From NCBI RefSeq assembly GCF_030028105.1, contig NC_092386.1, positions 49,964,347 through 50,028,346 of the forward strand: 64,000 nt of DNA, read 5' to 3'. Source of the stretch: Mobula birostris (lineage: Eukaryota). A program made the position numbers and the translations under genes. Below the pieces are notes generated by a model. The model did not search any database and had not been told where the DNA came from. It saw only the letters and a program-made list of their open reading frames with translations. Positions 24,821 to 35,387 of this stretch are shown here, in pieces (position 1 is the stretch's first letter; each line of letters opens with the position of its first letter).

Positions 24821-26169
24821 TATAGGGTATCCAGGGAAGGGTAGAACCTCTGATGAAGGAGCTTGTCAAGTCCATTTTGGGGCAGGTCACTCACCTTTGA
24901 TTCCCAGCAGATACTCAGCCTTCACCTGTGGCTCCAAGCAACTGTTTGCATGTGACAGTGGTCTAAACCAGGTGAAGAAGGGTCTCATACCCCAGGGAAA
25001 TAGTGACATGAGCAACATACATAAAATGCTGGGGAACTCAGCAGGCCAGGCAGCATCTATGGAAAAAACTATAGCCAATGTTTCGGTCCAAAACTCTTCA
25101 GCAGGACTGGAGAAAAAAAGCAGCTGAGGAGTAGATTTTAAAGGTAGGGGAGGGGAGAGAGAAACACTAGCTGATGGTAAAAACTGGAGGGGGAGGGATG
25201 AAGTAAGGAGCTGGAAGGTTGATTGGTGAAAGAGACAGAAGGCCATGGAAGAAAGAAAAAGGGGAAGGTGCACCAGAGGGAGGTGATGTATTGGCAAGGA
25301 TATAAGGCAAGAGAGGGAAAAGGAATAGGAAATTGGGAATAGGAAATTTGGAAATGGAGAAAGGGGAGGGGGTATTACTGGAAGTTTGAGAAATCTATGT
25401 TCATGCCATCAGGTTGGAGACTACCCAAACGAAATTCAAGGTGTTGTTCCTCTAACCTAAGTGTGCCCTCCTTCTCGATTTCCCATCCCCCTTTCCCTCT
25501 CTCACCTCATCTCCTTGCCTGCCCATTGCCTCCTTCTGGTGCTCCTTCCTTTTTCTTTCTCCCATGGCCTTCTGTCTTCTGCTATTAGATTCCCCCTTCT
25601 CCAGCCATCTCTTTTCACCAATCAACTTCCCAGCTCTTTACTTCATCCATTCCCCTCATCACCTGGTGGTTCTCTCTCCTCTCCCCCACCTTTTAAATCT
25701 ACTCCTCAGCTATTTTTCTCTAGTCCTGCCAAAGGGTTTCGGCCCAAAACGTCAATTGTACTTTTTTTCCCCATAGATGCTGCCTGGCCTGCTGAGTTCC
25801 TCCAGCATTTTGTGTGTGTTGCTCAGATTTCCAGCATCTGCAGATCTTCTCGTTTGTGAAACAGGGACATGCCTGTCCAAACATATGAAGTCAGCTCTGA
25901 TGGACTGGGTAGATGAAATCAACAGTAAGATCTAACCACCAAGGTAGTGGTTCTCCCAACACTTTATGGAAAGCAAAGGGCACAAGCAAGCACATAATCA
26001 GTCACGGTTATCAACTGCAATTAAGGAAGACCCCAGTTTGTGACAGCTACTTATGCCACTGGACCCAGACTTCAGAGGTCAAGAGAGTGGAACTGTCCCA
26101 GTGCAATGGCTTTTCCACTTTAAAAACTCTCCCACACAGGTTTCACTGTCATTGTTCGATACAATGGAC
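24821..26169 (+). mobile_element. Unclassified non-coding insertion, possibly RTE 5'UTR-derived, split by a PLE
   Basis: Absent from Tigger copy 1 at the equivalent site. ~190 bp plus ~310 bp flank the PLE. Family assignment is tentative. Confidence 0.45.
25011..25857. mobile_element. Penelope-like element: two 3' arms in inverted orientation
   Basis: 25011-~25465 minus and ~25466-25857 plus. Each arm has a hammerhead remnant (25072-25109, 25721-25758). 12/14 TSD GAAATAGTGACATG / GAAACAGGGACATG. Confidence 0.9.
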
Positions 26170-26859
26170 ATGCTTCTGTGTTGTTTTGATCGACTGTAAA
26201 TGAACAAAATTTGCTCAGACACCCAAAGACTGCCTTCATACAATCCTTTCGATGATTGTATCTTCCAAATCTTCATTTTCATTGTAATATTCCAGATCAT
26301 TGTCGAGATCTTCAACTTCTTTGTAGTTCCTAACTTGAAGTAGTAAAATCATTTCATGGTCACTCTCAACTGTCTCTGGCATCTTCAAGCCTGGATTCTT
26401 GAAACTGCCATGAGGAAAATAATTCTAAATTGTCTTACTGCCTATTTTACAGCAGTTATCAGTGACTAAAATCACTGCTTCTTTTTAAAACACAAGCAGA
26501 CCCAACTGACACTATTTAAAAACTGTTCATTCCAAGCACAGTGTAGTGTCCAACAGTTACACAAGTCCACGCAACTGACACAAGTTAGAAATTGTTCGGC
26601 AACTGTCTAACACAATTAAGCAGCAGAGTGTCCCAAATAAATGAAGGGAACCCCAGCTAATTTCTCAATTAGTTGCCCCGAATAAGCAGTGGTCCTGCTT
26701 AACCAATGGCCCAATTAACAGAAATCCACTGTACTTTCAGACAGTATCAAATGGGCTCCCAAATTGAAGACAATATTTCTTTTTTCACTGATTATTATGT
26801 TGTATCTAATAGCTACTTGATCATTTTAATAGGCTCACATCGCAGGATTTAAAGTCGTG

Positions 26860-26981
26860 AGCACAAGAGATACTGCAGATGTTGAAAATCCAGAGTAACA
26901 CACACAAAATGCTGGAGGTCAGGCAGCATCTATGCAGAGGAAAAAAAAGAGTCAGCATTTCAGGCTGAGACCTTTCATCAG
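26860..26981 (-). mobile_element. Short PLE tail with hammerhead core, truncated by a HERO insertion
   Basis: Minus strand reads CTGATGA-A-AGGTCTCAGCCT-GAAATGCT-GACTC, then the family tail. Confidence 0.8.
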
Positions 26982-27345
26982 TACGCAGGACTGGTCAGCA
27001 ACTGTCAGCAGGCTGGATGGAGAGTGAGGTGTCTCCCAGTGGAGGTTGGTTGTAGGGGATTCGTAGCCCATTCTTTAGTTAGAGCCTTCAGCATTTTGGG
27101 CATCGAGGGAGAGAGGAAGAGGAGAGCCATCCGCAGTACCACCGATGCGGCAGAGAGGGCCTTGAGATGGCTGTGGCTCAAAAGAGGGGAGCCATGGAGT
27201 CATAAGTAGCTAGCCATCCAGACACAAGCTGGGGTCTGATCAGCCCCAGCTGGGTCACCTGGAGGAGGTTGTATGGTGTTGAAAGACCCGAAACATCCGA
27301 TGATTCCAGGAACATCACTGAAGATGTGTCCAGAAGCATCAATAG
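26980..27345 (+). mobile_element. HERO-type (restriction-like endonuclease) non-LTR retroposon, 3' fragment
   Basis: Open frame 26982-27209 YAGLVSNCQQAGWRVRCLPVEVGCRGF...AAERALRWLWLKRGEPW fits the RLE C-terminus of HERO elements, followed by a 3'UTR (ctggggtctgatcagcc...gaaagacccgaaaca...catcactgaagatgtgtcc). Confidence 0.75.
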
Positions 27346-29369
27346 AAATATGTACACAGTTCTGCAAGAATTCTCTGGCATTTTGTGCGTGTATTTGAAG
27401 TCAGGAGCTGGACCAAAATACAAATTTATTGTCTTCATTTGGTACTGCTGTTGTTACATCTGCAGTCATCTAGTTTCAGAAAAACAGTGTTATTTTGGTA
27501 AAGTTCTGTGACTTGATTAATTTATATAAATTCATTTGAAACATTAAGCAAAGATGGCATCATTTGGGCCACTTGGGACAAAATTCCAAACCTCATCAAT
27601 CTTTAATGTTAACAGTTTTACAATAATATTGACATGGATAAAAGTGAATAAAGCTCAAATTTAACTAATAATAACAGATAATGTACTGGCCCATTAGTCT
27701 GCAGAAACAAGACCCAAGCTGTATCAGATCACATCTAGATATTCCACAGATGCAAACACCAACCAACATAAAGCACTTTCCATTAGAATTGGTTACATTA
27801 CTCAAAATGGTTGGCAAAGTCCCAATATTCAAGTTGTGTTGACAAGAACATTAATTTAATATAATTAATTGTCCTTCAGGGAGAAATTTTTGGAAGGTTT
27901 CAAGACCTTCCAAATTGTAAAGAATTTTCATTTACCAATTTACTGGTGAACACTACTTGGTAAGAGGTGTTAACTACAAATTTTGAGAAGTGATGTTATT
28001 AGTCAATTATTTTTGATACTGTTCTCCTAACCACAAACAGAAAAGGACAGTGCTTGTATTGATCCCAATACATATGATCCAGTATTTTTCCATAACTTTT
28101 AGGAAAATCTATTCTTTTATGCATATCTGCATCTTAAATAAAACCTAATGATGCCTCCTTGATGGCCCCTTCAAACTGTGTGCACAAGCATAGGCCAATG
28201 AATCAGAAGTAGAGTTAATATTATTGGCAAACGTTGTGAAATTTGTTGCTTTTGCAGCAGCACTCTGCATTACACAATCCTAACTGTAAATTAAAGATAT
28301 ATATGTTAAACAGGTAGTGCAAAAAGAGAAAAAAAAAGTAGTGAGGTAATGTACACCAGTTCAATATCCATTCAGAAATCTGATAGCAGAGTGGAAGAAG
28401 CTATTCCTGACTTGTTAACAACAATCTCAATGCTTAACAACAGTTAAAGGAGTGTGTGTAACTTTTAAACCAGCATATGATGAAGAACATTATATCTCTG
28501 TAAAGGGCAAGGGAAAGGTGGCCAAGATGATATCACATATTCAAATTACAGGCATATTTATTTTAAAGAAAAGCATATGAAAGGAATAAGTTTTTATGCT
28601 GATGGAATTAGGTATCATTTGATTAAATATTTGGAAGTTATAGAAGAAGTGAACTAGAAATCTAGAAAACATTGAATGCTGGTATTTCTCATTTCTACAT
28701 AATGTTTTGAAGAGGATTCACTGCAGTGGAGTTCTTGATCTTTTTCTTTTCTTCATGGTGAACTCATCAATATCTACACCATACTTTATCTGATCAATTT
28801 CAAAGAGCCAGTAGTGAGAATTTGCCTTGCACAGATGTGCTTGTGACAACATCTTATTTACTATAAAGTGCTATAGGACATCCTAAGGTCATGAGAAAGA
28901 TTACATACAAAGTTTACTTTCTTTGAGAGTCATTACTCATAGGCATAAATTGCTTAGACATGCTAAGTTACTACAAAACTTTAAGAAAAGGAACATGACA
29001 AGTTCTTCATTTCCAATTACAGGTATTCAGTTGCAAATTAAGTGGTTGAGATGAGCCATGGGCAGTTGAAATCTCTCAGGCATACCCAAATTGCCTTGGG
29101 GATTGAGAGGAGTTTGGGATGCCTTTTTCTCCAAAATGCATTACTTTTTTTTCTCAATGCCTTTACCAGGAGATAAGACAATGATCGGCTGGTGATTGAA
29201 ACATATATAATTCTACACCAGTGACTAGATCACATGCCTTAATTTCCCAAAGTTGCCTCACTGTCAGGAATAACAAGGATTTACATCTGCTTTGTTGTTG
29301 ACCAGGATGTACACTTTTGGAGTACACACCTGCCAAGAAATACAGTAGCACATTCATTACATTAGTGTA

Positions 29370-29500
29370 CCAGACATTCAGGGTGTGGGCTTAATGATTT
29401 AAAGTTCAAATCTCACCACAGCAATTGGGGAATTGAATAAAAAGGCTCTCATCAGTAATAATGACCTTGAAACGTTTGAATTCTGTAAAGTCATCCTATA
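29370..29500 (+). mobile_element. Decayed tRNA-type SINE fragment
   Basis: B-box-like GTTCAAATCTCACC followed by tctcatcagtaataatgaccttgaaac. Confidence 0.35.
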
Positions 29501-29948
29501 ACAAAATCAAGCCGAATGAGGTTCAGGCAGGATACTGAAATTAAAGCAAAATACCCTGTGCCTTATTGCTTACTCCTATAACCATATTAGGTTATAGATC
29601 TGCTTTATCTGTCCCGTTTGTGAGTTCAATTTCAGTACAATGTGAGTGACTCATAACGCTCTCATTTTGCATACAAAGATAACCAACCATACAAAACCAA
29701 GGCAAAAAATTTTAAAAGGTAGGTGAAATTCCCAGACAAGTTAATTCAGAATAGCCTGATGCAGTCATGTACAATGAATCAGATTTTTCAGTCCATAAAC
29801 TAGATTTATTCTCCATTACCATTCACAGCTGAGCCAGTGTCAGTTCCGGGTCAGACAGAAAACTATTTGCCCCAGGACTCCCACCATTCACCCTGAACGC
29901 TATGAAGTTAAAATTCATTGCTTACCTATCTGATCACCGATAACTTTA

Positions 29949-31047
29949 AACACAAAAGATTCTGAAGATGCTGGGAATCTAGAGCAACGCACACAAAATG
30001 CTGGAGAGACTCAGGTCAGGCAGCATCTATACAGAGTTGTCATTTCAGGCCGAGACCCTTGAATAGGATTGGAAAGAAAGGAAGGAAGCCAGGATGTGAG
30101 GGGAGGGGAAGGAGTACAACCCGACAAGTGATTGGTGAAACCAGTTGAAGGGGAAGGTCATTGGGTGGGGGAGAACAGAAGAAATGAGAAGCTGGCAGGT
30201 GATAGGAGAAAGGGGTAAAGGTCCAAAGGAGGAAGAAATTGATAGGACACAAGAGTGGACCAAAGGAGAAATGGAGGGAAGAGGTTATAATCAAGTGAGA
30301 AGTGGAAAAAAAAGAGCCAGAATGGGGAATGGTAAAGTGAGAAGGGGGAATGGGGAGGAAATTATCGTAAGTTCAAGAAATTGATGTCCGTGCCACCCAG
30401 ATGGAATATGAGTTGTTGCTCCTCCAACTTGAGAGTGGCCTCATTGTAGCTACACAGGAGGCCATGGACTGCCATGTTGAAATGAGAATGGGGAGTGAAG
30501 TTAAAATAGATGACCCTGCCTGTTGCGGATAGAGCAAAGGTGTTCGACAAAGTGGTCTCCCCAGTCTACGTCGAGTCTCACCGACGTAGAGGAGGCTGCA
30601 CTGCGAGCACTGATTACAGCAGGTGACCCTGCCAGGTGAAGTGTTGCCTCGCCTAGTAGGACTGTTTGGGACCTTGAACAATGGTGAGGAGGTGAATGGA
30701 CAGATGTAGCACTGTGTGCTGCTTACAGGGAGTGGGGTGGAAGGTGGGGGAGGTAAAGATGTGTTCATTGGTAGGATGTTTAGTGCTGGATACAGGGCCT
30801 TGTGTACTTACTGCTGCAATAACCAGGATAGAGTTCCTCTCATCTTTACCAGCACCATTCCAGCGAGGGAGATCTTCTTGTCCTTTCCTACCACCACATC
30901 CACTATTATCAATGGAATCCTACCACTAACCACGTCTTTACCTCCCTCCCCCCTCCACTTTCCACAGGGATCACTCTCTCCATGACTCCCTTGTTCATTC
31001 ATCCCTCCCCACTGATCTCTCTCCTGGCACTCAACTCCTATCCTCAA
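29949..31047 (-). mobile_element. Penelope-like element with 5' inversion (GIY-YIG region)
   Basis: Minus-strand peptide VTCCNQCSQCSLLYVGETRRRLG (GIY-YIG). Tail at the left. Plus-oriented segment ~30810-31047. Confidence 0.9.
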
Positions 31048-31456
31048 CCTTTAGAAGAGTAGAACTCACAGGTTTGGGAATGGTTGGTGGTGTTCAGCTG
31101 AATTACTTGATTCTGGGTGATTTCGAGATTCGAGAATTGTTAATCCAGGAAAGTAGAAAGTATTCATCTTCTGTGCCTTAGTGGAAAAGCCTTGGGGCTT
31201 GAAAGAGACAGAGTGCAGAAGGCTCTGAACTTCTCTTGTAGCCATACTTATACAGCTGATCCAGTTGATTTTCTGGAGAAGGAGTACCCTTGCAACATTA
31301 ACTTGGAAATGGTAATGTCACTGAATACCAAAATACAGTAGGTGGTTAGACTGTCTTTTATTGGAGATAGTCTTCGCTTGTAGTTTTGTTTAGTGAATGT
31401 TACTTGCCTTTTATCAACCCATGTCTGAATGTTGCCAAGGTCTCACAGGCGTGGGA

Positions 31457-31979
31457 TGTGCAGGAGATACATATTGTGAGCTGTGCATTTATTAATGGTA
31501 TCTAGTCACACTAGTGAGGGGTGTATTATGCATATTATGGTAACTAGTCACACTAGTGTATTATGCGTATTATGGTAATAATACATTAGTGGGTGTATTA
31601 TGCGTATTATGGTAATAACACATTAGTGAGGGTATATTATGCGTATTATGGTAATAATACATTAGTGGGGGTATATTATGCGTATTATGGTAATAATACA
31701 TTAGTGGGTTGGGTGGTAAAAGTTACATATTCTTGCTTATTTCTTGGCAGCTTGTAGCTTGGGAGCAGCGGAGGTCACATCTGTACTGACTGCTGAGATA
31801 ACGCTCAATAATGCTAAACTGCGTGTTTGCTAATTGCTAATGAAGAATCGAAATAAAGAATTTGACTTCTGGAGCAATCATTGGAGCTGAGGGCATGTCA
31901 CACAAGTATAACAAGTCCACACGGTTACAAGCAGATGGCAATTGTTGTGTTTTGATTTGGGATCAGTTTTGCTGCGACA
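31457..31979 (+). mobile_element. Candidate solo LTR (TG...CA) containing a minisatellite
   Basis: Begins TGTGCAGGAG, has AATAAA at ~31853 and ends GCTGCGACA. It interrupts an older LINE remnant that resumes at ~31980. Confidence 0.45.
31490..31710. repeat. Minisatellite, ~36-40 bp unit, about 6 copies
   Basis: Unit GTATTATGCGTATTATGGTAATAATACATTAGTGGG read directly. Confidence 0.9.
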
Positions 31980-32479
31980 GGCTACTTCAGTTGCGGAGGA
32001 TTTGCAAACCAGAGTAATGAACATTCCCACTCTGCTGGAAGGGAGGTCACTGAGGAAGCAACATAAGGTGCTACGTAAAATAAACACCCATAACCCCTCT
32101 GTGCAAGGTCTTTGGATCTACTATTGGTCAAATGCAATTTGATGAAAATCTGTAATAAACAATAGCTACAGATCATATTTTAGGTCCACAACTCTATTCA
32201 TCCCAGTACAACTCCATAGGCTTTCTTCATCTGACTCCACTTTTCCTCACAATCCACCATAAACTGTACCTACACAAAGAAACAAATGCACCAGATAGCC
32301 ACAGCTTCACACTCCTATTTTTGACTTAAAATTAATTCTTCCCTTTCTCCCCACCTGTCATTGTATGAATATTCAGAATTACAATGTGGCTCTTTAATTA
32401 TGCTGCCACTTAGCTTGATTTTATTTGTTTAAGATATCAAGGTTTCATTGTGCCTACATTATAGGATATGCAATTTTTG

Positions 32480-33785
32480 GTGCCTTCCCAAATGCAAATG
32501 CAACTGGCTGGAGTGTTCACTGAGATCTTTAACCTCTCACTTTGGAAGTGCGAGGTACACACCTGCTTCATACAGGGTTCAATTATACCGGTGCCTCAGA
32601 AGAACGTGGTATCGTGGCTCAGTGACTATCATCCGGTACCACGTACATCCACTGTGATGAAGTGTTTGAGAGGTGGTGATGAAACCCATCAACTCCTGCC
32701 TCAGAAGTGACTTGGATCTGCTCCAATTTGCCTACTAGCACAACAAGACCACAGAAGATGCCATCTCATTGGCTCTTCAACTCAACCCTGGAACATCTGG
32801 GCAAGCAAAGATGCATACTTCATGATGTTCTTTATCACCTCGGCATTCAATACTATCACCCTCTCAAAGCTAATCAACAAGCTTCAAGACCTTAGCCTCA
32901 ATATCTCCTTGTGCAATTGGCTCTTGAATTTTCTCATTTGCACACACCCGTCAGTTGGAATTGGCAACAGCATTTCCTCCACAATATCCATCAGCACAGG
33001 TGCACCACAAGGCTGTGAGCTTAGCTCCCTGCTCTATTTGCTTTACAATTAGAGCATAGCACAGCTCCAATGCCATACTCAAGTTTACTGATGACATCAC
33101 TGTTGTTTATTATTTTATATTATAGGCATCCGTTAGTCTCATGAGGCCATGGATTTGCGACTTGGAAGGTTTCTAGGTCGCAGGCCTGGGCAAGGTTGTA
33201 TGAAAGACCAGCAGTTGCCCATGCGGCAAGTCTCCCCCCCTCCATGCCACTGATGTTGTCCAAGGGAAGGGCATTAGGACCCATACAGCTTGGCACCGGT
33301 GTCGTCGCAGAGCAATGTGTGGTAAAGTGCCTTGCTCAAGGACACACATGCTGCCTCAGCCAAGGCTCGAACTAGCGACCTTTGAATCACTAGGCGAACG
33401 CCTTAACCACTTGGCCACGCGCCAACACTATCACTGTTGTAGGCAGAGTCAAAGGTGATGACCATATAGGAAGGAGGCTGAGAACCTGGCTGAGTGGTAC
33501 CACACTAACAACATCTTATTCAATGTCAGCAAAACCAAGGAGTTGACTAGTGACTTCAAGAAGATGAAACCAGAGGTCCCTGAAAAAGTTCACAGAAGAT
33601 AAGAGGTGGAGAGGGTCAGCAACTTTAAATGCAAACACTAATGCCCTTGAATGGTCAATTCTATTTTAAAATAGTGGATTCGGCCCAGTCCATCACTTGT
33701 AAAGCCCTCCCCACCACTGAGCACGTCCACACGGAGCACTGTCACAGGAAAGCAGTATCTGTCATCAGGGACCCCCAACACCTGC
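32480..33785 (+). mobile_element. Rex1/Babar-type LINE RT fragment interrupted by a SINE
   Basis: Peptides IIPVPQK...DYHPVPRTSTVMKC, SAFNTI...[20 protein letters not shown]. Confidence 0.85.
33107..33429 (-). mobile_element. tRNA-derived CORE-type SINE, copy 2
   Basis: A box TGGCCAAGTGG and B box GTTCGAGCC on the minus strand. Perfect 11-bp TSD ATCACTGTTGT at 33096-33106 and 33430-33440. Confidence 0.9.
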
Positions 33786-35387
33786 TGATAAGGGGCACTT
33801 ATAACTTTGAGCTACTTAGAGAAAGTTGCAAGCAATTACTTCCACTGGCAAGAAAGTTGGTAAATATCTTAAAAGTAAAGGTCAAAAAGAACCAAAGGCT
33901 GAAGAGAAGATGTCTCTCCCTCCCATGCAAATGGGTGATAAGATCTGCAATGCACTACCTGATCCAGTGACAAATAAAATAGCATGGGATCTTTCAAAAA
34001 GTAGCTATAGGAGGTGTGAAACACTAAATCTTCCGTTTGAGCAGCAAGAACAAGGGTAGGCGTCTTTCTTGAAGTACCATTATAGGCGGAAAAAAATTCA
34101 AATGGCACCTTATTGTGTTGTACACTCTTATTTCAGTCTGAATAATTCTCCTGCATCTGAATGGTAGCTGCTTTGCTGTTAATGATTTATACTTCTAACA
34201 AAGAGTGCCCCCAATTTTACTGTCACTCCACTGACAAAACAATACATAAACCAGTGGCAGACTTCTTGTTGGGGATCGTCAGCAGGAAGAAAAAGCCAAA
34301 GTAGTGGAAATAATTAAATTTTATTTGGGAACCAATCCTTTTAACAAAACGGATAGAGAGAAAAAGAAAATCTCTGCCCCCTTGCTGGGCTGTAGAATAA
34401 ACAAATGCAAGCAGCTAATTCCTTGTGATATGCAGAGTACAAAATACATTCAGGAGTTTGAACATACTGAACCAAGTCTGTCTTTGCCTTTATAGAATGT
34501 GTTTCAAACTTTCTTCCTCTTCACAGATCCCTACTGCACACTGAACAGAGCTTCGTGTGAGGCCCCCATCCAGAGATTTCGACTGCATTTAAGATACAGA
34601 ACAGCAGACGTAATGGAAATAGTTTCCTAATAGTATCAAAGCCTTTTCTCCTTGGGTTCCTGCCATTCTAAGATGGGGCCAGAAAGAGAAATGCAGTTGA
34701 GAATGGGTGGTAAACTTTCATGATCACTCACTGAAAGACTCGGTGTGGCAGTGGTGAAAGTGAGTGTGCCATTTATGGGGAAGAGTACTGGGGAGGTTGA
34801 CTGTTAGTGGGCAACTGAAACTTTGGTATGATCCATTGTTGGCCGTGGAGTTGGGAATACAGTCAATAAGACAGATGAAAATGTCACAAAAATCCCTGCC
34901 TTGAAGAAACCTTGGTATTTCAGGAAAAGGTCAGGCCTCTTTAAAATGACATCCAACTAGAGAGCACAGTGTTTCACAGGTAATTTCAACAATACATGGC
35001 TGCTCGCTACACAGGCCCAGTGGTCTTTTAATCTCTGCAGATTCAGACTTATCACAACATTGAAACATACAGTGAAATGCATCACTTATGTTAACAACCA
35101 ACACACCCAAGGTTACGGTGGGGCAGCCCGCAAATATCGCCACACGTTCTGACGTCAATATAGCATGTCCAGTAAGCTCAGTAGAACAGCCGAAACGGAA
35201 TACAGCAGGTGACAAAACAACAGCAAAAGAAATACCTGTGGGAGGTACCAGAAGTGCTTTACTTGTGGTTAAATTAATTAATTGCAGGCAACGATCAGTA
35301 CAAGAGAGTTATTTGTGTGCTAAATATAGCATGATATTTTTGGGGCTGTGTACTGAAATCATAAAACATGATAAAGGTCCTTATTCA

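Larger units (their letters stand above)
24571..26731 (-). mobile_element. Internally deleted pogo/Tigger element, copy 3, with two nested insertions
   Basis: TA|CAGTGGATTCCAGTTAACTGGG ... CCCAATTAACAGAAATCCACTG|TA. Minus-strand remnant KTI*NYFPHGSFK...LDNDLEYYNENEDLEDTIIERIV resembles the Tigger C-terminus. Confidence 0.85.

Noticed and set aside
24850-24880. CTGATGAAGG as another hammerhead core
   Set aside because: No helix II closure or downstream GAAA/NUH.
27280-27340. CCGAAAC and CTGAAGA in the HERO 3'UTR as a permuted hammerhead
   Set aside because: I could not build the required three helices.
31490-31710. CRISPR-like array
   Set aside because: Units are contiguous with no unique spacers; vertebrate context; no cas genes.
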